Of a stretch of 64,000 nt of DNA, positions 8,472-19,001 are shown piece by piece. Within the stretch, counting starts at the first letter, position 1; each line of letters starts with the position of its first letter. A program made the position numbers and the translations under genes. Origin of the DNA: an uncultured Clostridia bacterium (lineage in GTDB: Bacteria > Bacillota > Clostridia > UBA1212); assembly GCA_947304585.1 (NCBI GenBank), contig CAMZBI010000006.1, forward strand, positions 998 to 64,997. The letters run 5' to 3'. Below the pieces are notes generated by a model. It was given only the letters and a program-made list of their open reading frames with translations, had not been told where the DNA came from and searched no databases.

Positions 8472-10529
8472 ATGCAAAGCGCGGATTTACGCAATGTTAT
8501 ACTTCTGGGACACGGTGGCGTCGGTAAGACGTCTGTCGCCGAAGCAATGCTTTTCAACAGTAAGGCGATCAACCGTCTCGGAAAGATTATGGACGGAAAT
8601 ACTACGCTTGATTACGATCCTGAGGAGATAAAGAGACAGTACTCTATTTACCTTTCGATGGCTCAGGTAGAGTGGAATAAGAAGAACATTAACCTGCTGG
8701 ATGCTCCGGGCGCCCGTGATTTCATTGGCGAAATGCTTGAAGGCGCGGCAGTTGCGGACGCAGCGGTGATCGTTGCGGCAGGCGGCGTTGCAGTCGGCAC
8801 TGAAAAGGCCTGGGATCTGGCAAACGAGAGAAACATTCCCAGATGCATTTTCATCAACAAGATGAACGACGAAACAGCTGAGTTTGACAAGATCTACGCT
8901 GAGATCAAGGAAAAGCTCGGAAACTCCTGCGTGGCCATCCAGGTTCCGATCGTCGAGGACAGAAAGTTCGTCGGATTCGTCGACACCCTTCACATGAAGG
9001 CAAAGAAGTTCAAGGCAGGCGGAGACACAGAGGACATAGCTATCCCCGCATCCGTTAAGGGCCTTGCAGAAGAAATTCACGGCGCCATTGCCGAGATCGT
9101 TGCCGAGACAGACGAGGAACTCATGATGAAGTTTTTCGAAGGCGAAGAGTTCACAGAACAGGAGATCATTTCCGGATTTACGACAGCCGTTAAATCCTGC
9201 TCCTGCGCACCGGTTCTCCTTGGCGCTGCCTCCGATAACAACGGTATCAAAGAACTGGCCAATTTCATCTGCGAGTACTTCCCGTCCCCTGTGGAAGCAG
9301 CAGAAGCAACCGCTTTCGACGCCGATGGAAAAGAGATCAAAGTTGCTCTCCACGCAGACGAATCCCCTGTTCTGTTCGTGTTCAAGACAGTGGTTGACGC
9401 TTCCGGAAGGATTTCCCTCTTCAAAGTCATCACCGGCACAGTCAAGAACGGCGACTCCCTGAGAAACGTTGAAAAGGGCGCCGACGAGCGTATCGGCCAG
9501 CTCTTCGTGCTCAGAGGAAAGACACAGATCCCTGTACAGCAGCTCGTTGCAGGCGACATTGGCGCCGTAGCAAAACTTTCCAACACCGCTACCAACGACA
9601 CACTGTCCGGCAAGGGCGCATCCATCGTGATGCCCGCCATCAAATTCCCGGAGGCTCAGTTCAGCCAGTCTATCAAGTGCCTCAAGAAGGGCGACGACGA
9701 TAAGCTCAGCCAGAGCCTTGCAAAACTCAGAGACGAAGACAAGATACTCTCCTTTGGAAACAACATCGAGACAGGCGAACTGGTCATCAACGCAACAGGC
9801 GAGAAGCATCTCGACATCGTTGTCAGCAAGCTCAAGAGCAGATACGGCGTGGAAGTTAAACTCGCCACCCCGAAGGTTGCCTACAGAGAGACCATCCGTA
9901 AGAAAGTCACTGAAGAATACACCCACAAGAAACAGTCCGGCGGCGCAGGCCAGTACGGAAAAGTCGTTATCGAGTTCGAACCCGGCGAGCAGGATGAGCT
10001 GGAATTTGGCGAGAGAGTCGTCGGCGGAAGCGTTCCGAAGCAGTTCTTCCCCTCAGTTGAAAAGGGACTCGCTGAGAGCGTTAAAAAGGGCGTCCTCGCA
10101 GGCTACCCTGTGGTTAAACTCAAAGCCACCCTCGTTGACGGTAAATATCACCCGGTCGACTCCAAGGAAGTTGCCTTCGTAACAGCTGCCAGCATGGCTT
10201 ACAAAAACGGCCTCCCGAAGGCTTCTCCTGTGCTCCTCGAGCCCATCCTCAACGTAAAAGTCAACGTTCCCGACAAGTACATGGGCGACGTCATTGGCGA
10301 TCTCAACAAGCGCAGAGGCAGAGTTCTCGGTATGAACCCGGTTGGCGGCGGCAGGCAGGAAGTTGAGGCGGAAGTTCCCGCAGCTGAGATGTGGACATAT
10401 GCCACAGACCTGACATCCATTGCCCAGGCAAGAGCTTCTTACACCTCCGAATTCGTGAGATACGAAGAAGTTCCCGCCAATGTTGCCCAGGCGATAATCG
10501 ACGCGGCCAAGGCTGAAGCGGAGGAATAA
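8472..10529 (+). CDS. Elongation factor G paralogue (EF-G II-like)
   Basis: GHGGVGKT, DAPG, KKQSGGAGQYG, YHPVDSKE, LLEP..GDVIGDLNKRRG; outside the str operon; divergent G motifs. Confidence 0.92.
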   Translation: MQSADLRNVILLGHGGVGKTSVAEAMLFNSKAINRLGKIMDGNTTLDYDPEEIKRQYSIYLSMAQVEWNKKNINLLDAPGARDFIGEMLEGAAVADAAVIVAAGGVAVGTEKAWDLANERNIPRCIFINKMNDETAEFDKIYAEIKEKLGNSCVAIQVPIVEDRKFVGFVDTLHMKAKKFKAGGDTEDIAIPASVKGLAEEIHGAIAEIVAETDEELMMKFFEGEEFTEQEIISGFTTAVKSCSCAPVLLGAASDNNGIKELANFICEYFPSPVEAAEATAFDADGKEIKVALHADESPVLFVFKTVVDASGRISLFKVITGTVKNGDSLRNVEKGADERIGQLFVLRGKTQIPVQQLVAGDIGAVAKLSNTATNDTLSGKGASIVMPAIKFPEAQFSQSIKCLKKGDDDKLSQSLAKLRDEDKILSFGNNIETGELVINATGEKHLDIVVSKLKSRYGVEVKLATPKVAYRETIRKKVTEEYTHKKQSGGAGQYGKVVIEFEPGEQDELEFGERVVGGSVPKQFFPSVEKGLAESVKKGVLAGYPVVKLKATLVDGKYHPVDSKEVAFVTAASMAYKNGLPKASPVLLEPILNVKVNVPDKYMGDVIGDLNKRRGRVLGMNPVGGGRQEVEAEVPAAEMWTYATDLTSIAQARASYTSEFVRYEEVPANVAQAIIDAAKAEAEE

Positions 10530-10689
10530 TCCCCCCGGGAGCAGGGTTTGATCCATAAAACCATTCGGGGGAAGCGTTGAGAGATCAATGTTTCCCCTGT
10601 TTTAAAAAAGAGACACTGAAAAGTTCCTGCGTTCGGAGGCAATAAACCGGGCCGGAACACAACATATACTGACACAAGGAGATACTGTT

Positions 10690-11625
10690 ATGCCGTTAGT
10701 TACTTCAAAAGAAATGTTTGAAAAAGCCTACGCTGGCGGGTATGCCATTGGCGCGTTCAACGTAAACAACATGGAGATCATCCAGGGAATCACAGAGGCC
10801 GCAAAGGAACTGCAGGCTCCCCTCATTCTTCAGGTCTCCTCCGGCGCAAGAAAATACGCCAATCACACCTACCTCACAAAGCTGGTTGAAGCTGCCATCA
10901 TTGAGACAGGCCTTCCCATCTGCCTGCACCTCGACCATGGCGACACTTTTGAGCTCTGCAAGTCCTGCATCGACGGCGGATTCACCTCCGTTATGATCGA
11001 CGGCTCTCACCACAGCTTTGAGGACAACATCGCCCTCACAAAGCAGGTTGTCGATTATGCCCACGCCCACGGCGTTGTCGTTGAGGGCGAACTCGGAAGA
11101 CTGGCAGGCATCGAGGATGCGGTTAACGTATCCGCAGAGGATGCATCCTACACCAATCCCGCCCAGGTCCAGGAATTCGTCGAGAGGACCGGCGTTGACT
11201 CCCTGGCTATCGCCATCGGAACCAGCCACGGTGCTTACAAATTCAAACCGGGCCAGAAACCCCAGCTCAGATTCGACATCCTTGCAGAAGTAGAGAAGAG
11301 ACTTCCCGGATTCCCGATCGTTCTCCACGGCGCCAGCTCCGTTATTCCGGAGTTCGTTGAGACCATCAACAAGTACGGCGGCAATATGCCCGACGCCATC
11401 GGAATCCCCGAGGACATGCTGCGGAAGGCCGCTTCAATGGCAGTCTGCAAGATCAACATCGACTCCGACTTGAGGCTTGCAATGACAGCCGCTATCAGAA
11501 AGTATTTCGCCGAGAACCCGGCCCACTTCGACCCGAGACAGTATCTGAAGCCGGCAAGAGAGAACATAAAGAGGCTGGTTGCCCATAAGATTACGGACGT
11601 CCTTGGCTGCGACGGCAAAGCCTGA
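10690..11625 (+). CDS. fba: Class II fructose-1,6-bisphosphate aldolase
   Basis: GAFNVNN, LHLDHG, VMIDGS, GTSHGAYK, VLHGAS, KINIDSD. Confidence 0.95.
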   Translation: MPLVTSKEMFEKAYAGGYAIGAFNVNNMEIIQGITEAAKELQAPLILQVSSGARKYANHTYLTKLVEAAIIETGLPICLHLDHGDTFELCKSCIDGGFTSVMIDGSHHSFEDNIALTKQVVDYAHAHGVVVEGELGRLAGIEDAVNVSAEDASYTNPAQVQEFVERTGVDSLAIAIGTSHGAYKFKPGQKPQLRFDILAEVEKRLPGFPIVLHGASSVIPEFVETINKYGGNMPDAIGIPEDMLRKAASMAVCKINIDSDLRLAMTAAIRKYFAENPAHFDPRQYLKPARENIKRLVAHKITDVLGCDGKA

Positions 11626-11791
11626 ACGCTTTGTTCAGGCTATTTACGTAAACCGCCGGGAGAATAGAGTTCATATTGTGTCCTTCGGACGGATTGCTGG
11701 CGGTTTACTTTTCGAGAGCGCCACGCTCGCAGTACCTTTGTACAGCTTCGGTGACGCGCTCGAAAAAATAGCTCTGAACAAAGCGTTCAGG
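11621..11791. mobile_element. MITE/REP-like palindromic element
   Basis: Imperfect ~25-bp terminal inverted repeats (11621-11645 / 11766-11791) enclosing two long hairpins; no coding capacity. Confidence 0.5.
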
Positions 11792-12053
11792 GCTAAAGCT
11801 TAGACTAGGCCCACTGTGCAGACCGCCGGGAGAATAGAGTTCATATTGTGTCCTTCGGACGGATTGCTGGCGGTTTACTTTTCGAGAGCGCCACGCTCGC
11901 AGTACCTTTGTACAGCTTCGGTGACGCGCTCGAAAAAATAGCTCTGAACAAAGCGTTCAGGGCTAAAGCTTAGACTAGGCCCACTGTGCAGACCGCCGGG
12001 AGAATAGAGTTCATATTGTGTCCTTCGGACGGATTACTGGCGGTTTACTTTTC
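11652..12053 (+). repeat. 170-bp tandem direct repeat, ~2.4 copies
   Basis: Copies start at 11652, 11822, 11992; first two identical, third partial with one substitution. Confidence 0.95.
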
Positions 12054-12087
12054 ACCTGACGGTGTTGGACCGAAAAAAGAGGTATTT

Positions 12088-12468
12088 ATGGATTATATTG
12101 AAGCTGCGGCAGCTCTTGGCCAGGCCCTTGTGGACAGCCCTGAGTACAGGAAACTGACGACTGCAGAGGCCGGAACATTCTCCGACAGCGAAGCGGCAAA
12201 CATTCTTGTGGAGTACAGGAAGGTTCAGCAGGAAATGGCGGCGGCCGCAGGCGGAGACGTCACACAGGAAGAACTGGACGCGATAAGGACCAGACTCCTT
12301 GAGAAACAGAGAGAACTCAACTCCAACAAGGTCATCAAGGAATATCTTGACGCCAAGAAAGCCTTTGACCAGATGATGCAGGAAGTCAACAGTGTGCTTA
12401 CCCATTATCTGGAGGGCGGTTCCTCAAACTGCAGCGGTAGCTGCGATACCTGCGGAGGCTGCGGCTAA
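12088..12468 (+). CDS. YlbF/YmcA family protein
   Basis: A..LG..L..SPEY start, helical body, C-terminal CSGSCDTCGGC; directly upstream of mutS. Confidence 0.8.
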   Translation: MDYIEAAAALGQALVDSPEYRKLTTAEAGTFSDSEAANILVEYRKVQQEMAAAAGGDVTQEELDAIRTRLLEKQRELNSNKVIKEYLDAKKAFDQMMQEVNSVLTHYLEGGSSNCSGSCDTCGGCG

Positions 12469-12526
12469 GCTGCTGTTTGCGCGATTTTGATTGGCGGGTA
12501 AGACCGCCTTCTTACTTTAATCAGCT

Positions 12527-15232
12527 ATGGATCAACCGGCAAATTATCAGGAGCTCATGGCAAAAGTCACGCCAATGATGCGCCAATATCTGGAAACAAA
12601 GCAAAAAAGCCGCGACTGCTTGCTGTTTTTCAGGCTCGGGGATTTTTATGAGTTGTTTTTCGAGGATGCCGAGATCGCTTCAAGAGAGCTGGAACTTGTG
12701 TTGACGGGAAAGGACTGCGGCCTGGACAGGAGAGCCCCAATGTGCGGGATACCCTACCATGCAGCGACCTCATACATCGGAAGGCTTGTCGGCAGAGGCT
12801 ACAAGGTGGCGGTCTGCGAGCAGCTGGAGGATCCGGCCCTTGCCAAGGGAATAGTCAAGCGTGACATAATAAAAGTCTACACCCCGGGAACCGTTACCGA
12901 CGAGGCGATGCTTGACCAGAAGACGAACAACAACATTGCCGCAGTGTTCGGGCTTGGCGGTTTTTACGGCCTTGCCTGCTGCGATATCACAACGGGGGAG
13001 TTCCGGATGACCTCGTTTACCGTTGGCGCATCCCTGACCCATCTGAAGGACGAGATCGCAAGGCTGACGCCGAAAGAACTTGTGGTCAATGCAGACTGCA
13101 CAGAGGCTGATGCAATAATTGCCGCCGCGGAGACCTATTCAGGAGCCTTTGCAAGCAAGATCGGGGCGGAGATGTTTGACATTGGCGAGGCTAAAGCAGC
13201 CGTGGAGAGGATCGCAAACGCCAAAAAGATCCTGAAGAGCAGCTTCGAAAGCAGAGACGCAGGAAAAAAGAGAGAAAATGAGACTAAAAACATTTCCGAA
13301 GCGGACGATTTTGCAATGCGGGCCGCGGGCTGTCTGGTGAGAGTGCTGGAGGATACCCAGAAGACGGATCTTGAGGGCATTATCAGGCCGGTGCTTTACA
13401 AGACTTCGGAGTTTATGACCGTGGACGCCCAGTCCCGCAGAAACCTGGAGATCAGCGAATCCATGCGGGACCGCAAAAAATACGGTTCCCTCCTTTGGGT
13501 GCTGGACAAAACAGAGACCGCAATGGGTGGAAGAAAGCTGAGAAACTGGCTGGAGACCCCGCTCATAGACAAGGACGAGATAGAAAAGCGGCAGGACGCC
13601 GTGGCGGAGCTTTTTGACAAGTTTATGTTGAGAAGCGAGATGACGGAACACCTGAAGGGGGTCTACGACATTGAGAGACTTGCCGGCAGGGTCACAATGG
13701 GAAGCTGCAACGCCAGAGAGATGCTTTCCCTCAAACAGTCACTGATGAAGCTTCCGGCGCTCAAAAGCCTGCTGAAGACTGCTTCAAGCGGCCTTTTGAA
13801 GGATATCTGTGAGAACATTGACACCCTTGACGGATTGGCGGATCTGCTGGAAAGGGCGATTGCCGACGACCCGCCGGTGACCATAACCGACGGAGATATA
13901 ATCAAAAAAGGGTTTGACGAGACAATAGACCGCTACCGGGAGGCCAATATCGACGGCAAGCGCTGGCTCTCCGAACTGGAGGCCCGGGAGAGGGAAAAGA
14001 CCGGCATCAAGAAGCTTAAAGTCGGCTACAACACGGTATTCGGCTACTACATAGAGGTCTCAAACTCGTTTAAGGATCTCGTACCCCCGGATTATGTGAG
14101 AAAACAGACCCTGACCAATGCGGAAAGGTACATCACCGACGAACTGAAAAAGCTTGAAACGGAACTCCTGGACGCCGAGAGAAATCTCAAGGCCCTTGAA
14201 GAGCAGAGGTTCAGAGAAATCAGAAATACTGCCGCAGGGTATTCGGCGGAGCTACACAGAAACGCGGACGCAGTGGCGGTGCTTGACGTGCTTTGCTCTT
14301 TTGCGACCGTTGCCGAGCGAGAGAATTACACAAGACCTGAGATCACTGAAGAGACTGTGATCAGGCTGAAAAACTGCCGCCATCCGGTGATCGAAAAGAT
14401 GCCGGGCTGCGACGTTTTCGTGCCCAACGATGCAAAGCTGGACTGCGATGACGATATGCTCCTGGTGATCACCGGACCCAACATGGCAGGCAAATCCACC
14501 TACATGAGAATGGTGGCGCTGACGGTCCTGATGGCTCAGACGGGCAGTTTCGTGCCTGCGGACAGCGCTGTTATCGGCATTGCTGACAAGCTGTTTACCA
14601 GGGTCGGCGCCAGCGACGATCTTGCCCAAGGCCGTTCCACCTTTATGGTTGAGATGTGCGAAGTGGCAAACATTGTGGAAAACGCCACGCCAAGGAGCCT
14701 TCTGATACTTGACGAGATCGGCCGGGGCACCAGCACTTTTGACGGTCTCTCCATCGCATGGGCTGTGCTGGAGTTCATCATCCAGAATCTTAAATGCAGG
14801 ACCCTTTTTGCCACCCACTACCACGAGCTCACTGAGCTTGAGGACAAACTGCCCGGGGTCAAGAACTACTGTGTGGACGTGAAGAAAAAAGGTGACGAGA
14901 TCACTTTTCTCAGGAAGATCAAGCGGGGCGGAGCGGACGGAAGCTACGGAATCTCTGTGGCAATGCTTGCCGGTCTCCCCAAAGCGATAACCCTCCGGGC
15001 AAAAGAGATCCTTGGGTCACTTGAAGAGACAGACCTGGGGAAGAAAGAGATCAAAAACATCGGAAAAAAGAAAGAGGGCGGCTCTCCGGACCTGTTCTCC
15101 TTTGCGGCGGCAACCGCAATGCAGGACGACATTATAACCGAACTCAAGGAGCTGGACGTCACGAAGATGACGCCAATGGAGTGCATGAACGTGCTCTACA
15201 ACCTTGCGAAGAGGGCAAACGACAGAAAATAG
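12527..15232 (+). CDS. mutS: DNA mismatch repair protein MutS
   Basis: TPMMRQY, GDFYELF, ITGPNMAGKSTY, STFMVEM, DEIGRGTST, FATHYHEL. Confidence 0.97.
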   Translation: MDQPANYQELMAKVTPMMRQYLETKQKSRDCLLFFRLGDFYELFFEDAEIASRELELVLTGKDCGLDRRAPMCGIPYHAATSYIGRLVGRGYKVAVCEQLEDPALAKGIVKRDIIKVYTPGTVTDEAMLDQKTNNNIAAVFGLGGFYGLACCDITTGEFRMTSFTVGASLTHLKDEIARLTPKELVVNADCTEADAIIAAAETYSGAFASKIGAEMFDIGEAKAAVERIANAKKILKSSFESRDAGKKRENETKNISEADDFAMRAAGCLVRVLEDTQKTDLEGIIRPVLYKTSEFMTVDAQSRRNLEISESMRDRKKYGSLLWVLDKTETAMGGRKLRNWLETPLIDKDEIEKRQDAVAELFDKFMLRSEMTEHLKGVYDIERLAGRVTMGSCNAREMLSLKQSLMKLPALKSLLKTASSGLLKDICENIDTLDGLADLLERAIADDPPVTITDGDIIKKGFDETIDRYREANIDGKRWLSELEAREREKTGIKKLKVGYNTVFGYYIEVSNSFKDLVPPDYVRKQTLTNAERYITDELKKLETELLDAERNLKALEEQRFREIRNTAAGYSAELHRNADAVAVLDVLCSFATVAERENYTRPEITEETVIRLKNCRHPVIEKMPGCDVFVPNDAKLDCDDDMLLVITGPNMAGKSTYMRMVALTVLMAQTGSFVPADSAVIGIADKLFTRVGASDDLAQGRSTFMVEMCEVANIVENATPRSLLILDEIGRGTSTFDGLSIAWAVLEFIIQNLKCRTLFATHYHELTELEDKLPGVKNYCVDVKKKGDEITFLRKIKRGGADGSYGISVAMLAGLPKAITLRAKEILGSLEETDLGKKEIKNIGKKKEGGSPDLFSFAAATAMQDDIITELKELDVTKMTPMECMNVLYNLAKRANDRK

Positions 15233-15256
15233 TCCCGAATTGCATTCTAAACGCTG

Positions 15257-15281
15257 AAACCGGGCCTTATCCCCGGTTTTT
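15257..15281 (+). terminator. Intrinsic terminator after mutS
   Basis: aaaccggg...cccggttttt. Confidence 0.6.
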
Positions 15282-15351
15282 GTGACTTGAAATGTAACTT
15301 GAAAATACCGGAAAAGTCTTTTACACTATATAAAACAGTTCTCCGGAGGAA

Positions 15352-16902
15352 ATGACGTTGGAAAACAAAGCGATTTCAAAAATAGGCCGGTACCTCGCAA
15401 AACGGATCCCCGAGACCGTCGTCTCGGCTGTTTTCTTCTGCCTTTCGACTGTTGCATTTGTTTTGGTGATGTCCGTCACCAAGTACAACGTCTGGTATTC
15501 CGTGATCGCTGCGGTGCTCTCCTTTGTCCTCTTTGATTTTTGCGCCATAGCCTGCGTCTTTGCCGCAGGAAAGGAGATCAGAAGGTCTGTTCTGAGACAA
15601 GACCCGGAGCAGGACGTCGAGGTCGCAGGCGGGCCGGAAAGACCTGAAAAAAAACAGATCCTGAAGGATGTCCTCCTCATAGCTGCGGGCTGTGCTCTGT
15701 TTGCTTTGGTCACCATCGGCGCCGTTTTCCTCATCTCGAAATCCATGGGAGTCGGCGGAGACTTCAACGGTCTCATAAGATTCCGGTTCGGGACTCTCGA
15801 CAGCCAGCATTACCTATATATAGCGGAATATGGCTACACGCCCTCCACCTCGGATGATTACGGCAGAGTCGTTGAAATAGTGTTTTTCCCGGGCTACCCG
15901 ATAACGGTAAAACTCCTGGGGATGATCATCAAAGACTATTTTGCCGCAGGGATGATCGTGTCATTCCTATGCTTCACCGCTTCGGCAATACTTCTTTATC
16001 TTCTCATGCTGGAATATTTCAGCAGAAAAGACGCAATTTACTCTGTTATTCTCCTTTTCTTCATGCCCGGGGCCTTCTTCTTTATCTCGCCAATGACAGA
16101 GAGCATGTTCCTCGCGCTGACATTGGCGACGGTGTATCTGATCAAAAAGAAGAAGTGGTTTGCGGCAGGCATCTGCGGCATGTTCTGCTCCTTCACAAGG
16201 TCAGCCGGAATCATCGTGGCGGGCATCTTTGTGTTTGAACTTTTCAAAGAGTTTCTCACTGAAATATCGACCCTGCGGGCCCGGTCGGAAAAAGAGCGGG
16301 GCGCCGTTGCCCGGACCGTGTGGAAATACATCGCAAGGCTCATACCGGCAGTTATAATCTTCGGAGGGCTGGCAGGATTCCTTGTGATCAACAAGGCCCT
16401 GAACGGCGATCCATTTTCATTCGTATACTACGAGAAAAAACAGTGGGGACAGTCTCTTGGCTGGTTCTTTGAGACCGCGGCATACAGCGCCAAGGACGTG
16501 GTCAGCTATCTCAGCGGCCAGACGGGTTCCAATCCCTACGTAGGATTTTCGGTTTTTGTCATGAATCTGGTTGCCATCTTCGGGATCACGGGTACCCTTG
16601 CGGTGAAGGGCAGAAAGCTTCCGGCCTCATATGTTTTGTATGCGCTGGCCTATTTCGTCATATCCTACGGCGTCACCTGGCTCCTCAGCGGAATGAGATA
16701 CATGGACGGCCTGTTCATAATGCCAATGGCCCTTGCGGCGAGCAGCGGCAAATATCTCCTGGGCAGTTCCCCTTCCGAAAAGTCCCCCGAATCTTCCAAA
16801 TACGTCAACGGCAGGCTGAGAAGCGTGCTTCTCATAACTTCAATGGCGATCCTCTCCGTGACGTATCTCGTAATGTTCTGCGCAAGGTGGCAGATCTGGT
16901 AA
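15352..16902 (+). CDS. Polytopic GT-C glycosyltransferase (PIG-V/mannosyltransferase-like)
   Basis: Many TM segments; D..HY..IAEYGY, FFPGYP, TESMFL, TRSAG motifs. Confidence 0.75.
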   Translation: MTLENKAISKIGRYLAKRIPETVVSAVFFCLSTVAFVLVMSVTKYNVWYSVIAAVLSFVLFDFCAIACVFAAGKEIRRSVLRQDPEQDVEVAGGPERPEKKQILKDVLLIAAGCALFALVTIGAVFLISKSMGVGGDFNGLIRFRFGTLDSQHYLYIAEYGYTPSTSDDYGRVVEIVFFPGYPITVKLLGMIIKDYFAAGMIVSFLCFTASAILLYLLMLEYFSRKDAIYSVILLFFMPGAFFFISPMTESMFLALTLATVYLIKKKKWFAAGICGMFCSFTRSAGIIVAGIFVFELFKEFLTEISTLRARSEKERGAVARTVWKYIARLIPAVIIFGGLAGFLVINKALNGDPFSFVYYEKKQWGQSLGWFFETAAYSAKDVVSYLSGQTGSNPYVGFSVFVMNLVAIFGITGTLAVKGRKLPASYVLYALAYFVISYGVTWLLSGMRYMDGLFIMPMALAASSGKYLLGSSPSEKSPESSKYVNGRLRSVLLITSMAILSVTYLVMFCARWQIW

Positions 16903-16996
16903 ATCTAAGACTGTCCTGATATGTAATGCCCGGTGAACCGGTGTGCGGCCGTAAGGGCCGCTTTTCGGTATTATAAGGTCCCTGACTTTGACGACC

Positions 16997-17025
16997 TTGA
17001 CTGAAAGGCGGTTTGGAGGTAAAAT
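16997..17025 (+). promoter_or_regulatory. SigmaA-like promoter
   Basis: TTGACT-17-TAAAAT. Confidence 0.55.
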
Positions 17026-17139
17026 AAACCCGTTCAAAAGACGGGCAGAGGCTATTTTTTCGGGCCCCTGCGAAGCCGCGAACGACTTTTACTCAAAGCT
17101 GTTTTTCAAAACCCAAGCTGCTCGGAAAGGGGGCTGTTT

Positions 17140-17850
17140 ATGAAAAAAACTTTTAACGTCAGAGTCCTTGTGACCTGCGCTGTGATGAGCGCCATTGGCG
17201 TGGTACTGGCTTTCTTTATACACTTTCCGATCATTCCCGCAGTACCTTTTCTGGAATACGACCCGGCGGACATACTGATATTCGTCTCAACATACGCCTT
17301 CGGCATCCCCGTGGGGCTCGCCATGACTGTTGTGGTGGCAGTGGTCCAGGGCATAACCGTGAGCGCGGGAAGCGGTTTTACGGGCATTCTCATGCATATT
17401 ATTTCTACCGGCGGTTACGTGCTGGCCGCTGGACTGGTCTACAGGGCCGCAGAGGGAATCAAGCGGGGAATGAAAAACAAAACAGCCGGCGAGGCGGTAA
17501 AACTGGTGCTTTCAACGTTTGCAGGCATTGGCGTCACCTGCGGGCTCATGACTCTCTGGAATATCGTTCTTACGCCAATGTTTATGGGGATCGACAGACA
17601 GCTCCTGATAGAGAATTTTCTGGGGCTCATAGTTATATTCAATCTTATTAAGATATCCATAAACGGCGTCGCTTCCGCTGTTTTTACAGTTCCTTTCAGA
17701 AAACTTGCGGAGAGGTTCCCGGGCGAGAGATCGATCCTTTACACCGACTCAGGAAAGAAGACAAAATACGTGGACACGCTGCCGGGGCTGGGCATTATTG
17801 CCGGGGCTCTTTTGACTGTTGCGATCATCGCATTGGCGGTTTTCAAATGA
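17140..17850 (+). CDS. ECF transporter S component (RibU-like)
   Basis: PFLEYDPADI..FG...G, NIVLTPMF, FNLIK; hydrophobic. Confidence 0.82.
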   Translation: MKKTFNVRVLVTCAVMSAIGVVLAFFIHFPIIPAVPFLEYDPADILIFVSTYAFGIPVGLAMTVVVAVVQGITVSAGSGFTGILMHIISTGGYVLAAGLVYRAAEGIKRGMKNKTAGEAVKLVLSTFAGIGVTCGLMTLWNIVLTPMFMGIDRQLLIENFLGLIVIFNLIKISINGVASAVFTVPFRKLAERFPGERSILYTDSGKKTKYVDTLPGLGIIAGALLTVAIIALAVFK

Positions 17851-17906
17851 TATTACCCGGGATATCCGGTACAAGATACACTTAAACACTGCTGACTGGA
17901 GAACTT

Positions 17907-19001
17907 ATGGCGGAGAAAAAACTGACTGCCGGTCGGAAAAAAGCGAACAGATTTTTCTTTTTCGGGCTTCTGATACTGATTGCCGCTGCGATCATCGGCG
18001 GAATTTCGGGAGCCGCGGTGGCTGTTGGCGTTAAAAACGCATCTCTGAACAAGCGGAAAGAGTGTGTCCTGAAGATCGGCGAGAAGGAAGTGTCGAGGGA
18101 GCAGTTCGAGCTGTTCTGCATTACAGTCATTGAAGGATCCGGATTTGAAGCAATTGAGGCGGGAACTGCGTCGGAGAACGCCCTTGCCAATGCAGTAAAG
18201 ACCAGGGCCTCCGAATATGCCCGGCAGTATATCGCACTGACCACGGAAGCGGAGAAGACCGGAATCACACTCTCACCTCTCGAAAGGGCGGAGATCGATT
18301 TCAAGGTGGAAGACATCCCCAAAGGCGAAGAGATCACGTCCTACTACATCAGAAACTACGGAGTGACGGAGGAGGGCTACCGGGATTTCCTTGCAGGCTG
18401 GAAACTCTGCGAAAAATATATCAATACCACCGCCGACGGCATCACCCCGGACGAGGACATGAAACGGACCATCTTTGAGGCCAATGCGGAAAAGCTGGGC
18501 TGGGGCCTTGCGGACGTGATCTATTTCGACATCAGCTCCAGCGATTCCGGAGACGCGGAACTTAAAAGATCCACTGCCGGCAAGATCTGCGACACAGTTA
18601 ACGGAGTCCCGGACGACGACAAGGAACGTATATTTAAAAGTTTTTACGACAATTTCAACGAACAGGGATTCGGCTCTTCCGGCATCAACGTGGCCCTCAC
18701 CGGGGACGTTGCCGCAGACCACCCGGTGCTCTTTGAAGCGGTGAGAAAGGCCGTGGAGGGGTACTGCTACGTGGTGGATGACCAAACTGCGGTGTTTGCG
18801 GTCAGAGTCAGAGAAAGGTTCATGTTTGATTTTTACAAAAATTCGGAAGAACTGGCGTTAATAGTCAGAGACGAGATAAGAAGGCAGGTTGCCGAAGATA
18901 CCGTCAACGACGGAGTCTATAACGTGTTTAAGACCCAGGCGTTTGACACCGTGAACGTGAAGCCGCTTATCGCCGCAAGGAAAGAACTGAATGGACGTTA
19001 A
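17907..19001 (+). CDS. Membrane-anchored protein, possibly SurA/PrsA N-terminal-like
   Basis: Single N-terminal [15 protein letters not shown] and [10 protein letters not shown] resemble PrsA N-domain; no clear PPIase motif. Confidence 0.5.
   Translation: MAEKKLTAGRKKANRFFFFGLLILIAAAIIGGISGAAVAVGVKNASLNKRKECVLKIGEKEVSREQFELFCITVIEGSGFEAIEAGTASENALANAVKTRASEYARQYIALTTEAEKTGITLSPLERAEIDFKVEDIPKGEEITSYYIRNYGVTEEGYRDFLAGWKLCEKYINTTADGITPDEDMKRTIFEANAEKLGWGLADVIYFDISSSDSGDAELKRSTAGKICDTVNGVPDDDKERIFKSFYDNFNEQGFGSSGINVALTGDVAADHPVLFEAVRKAVEGYCYVVDDQTAVFAVRVRERFMFDFYKNSEELALIVRDEIRRQVAEDTVNDGVYNVFKTQAFDTVNVKPLIAARKELNGR

Noticed and set aside
11652..12053. CRISPR array or coding repeat (ORF 11579-11803, 11986 extension)
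   Set aside because: Contiguous 170-bp units without spacers; period not a multiple of 3; the ylbF-like start with RBS is at 12088.
17031..17139. FMN riboswitch before the RibU-like gene
   Set aside because: No FMN consensus segments seen; substrate remains unassigned.
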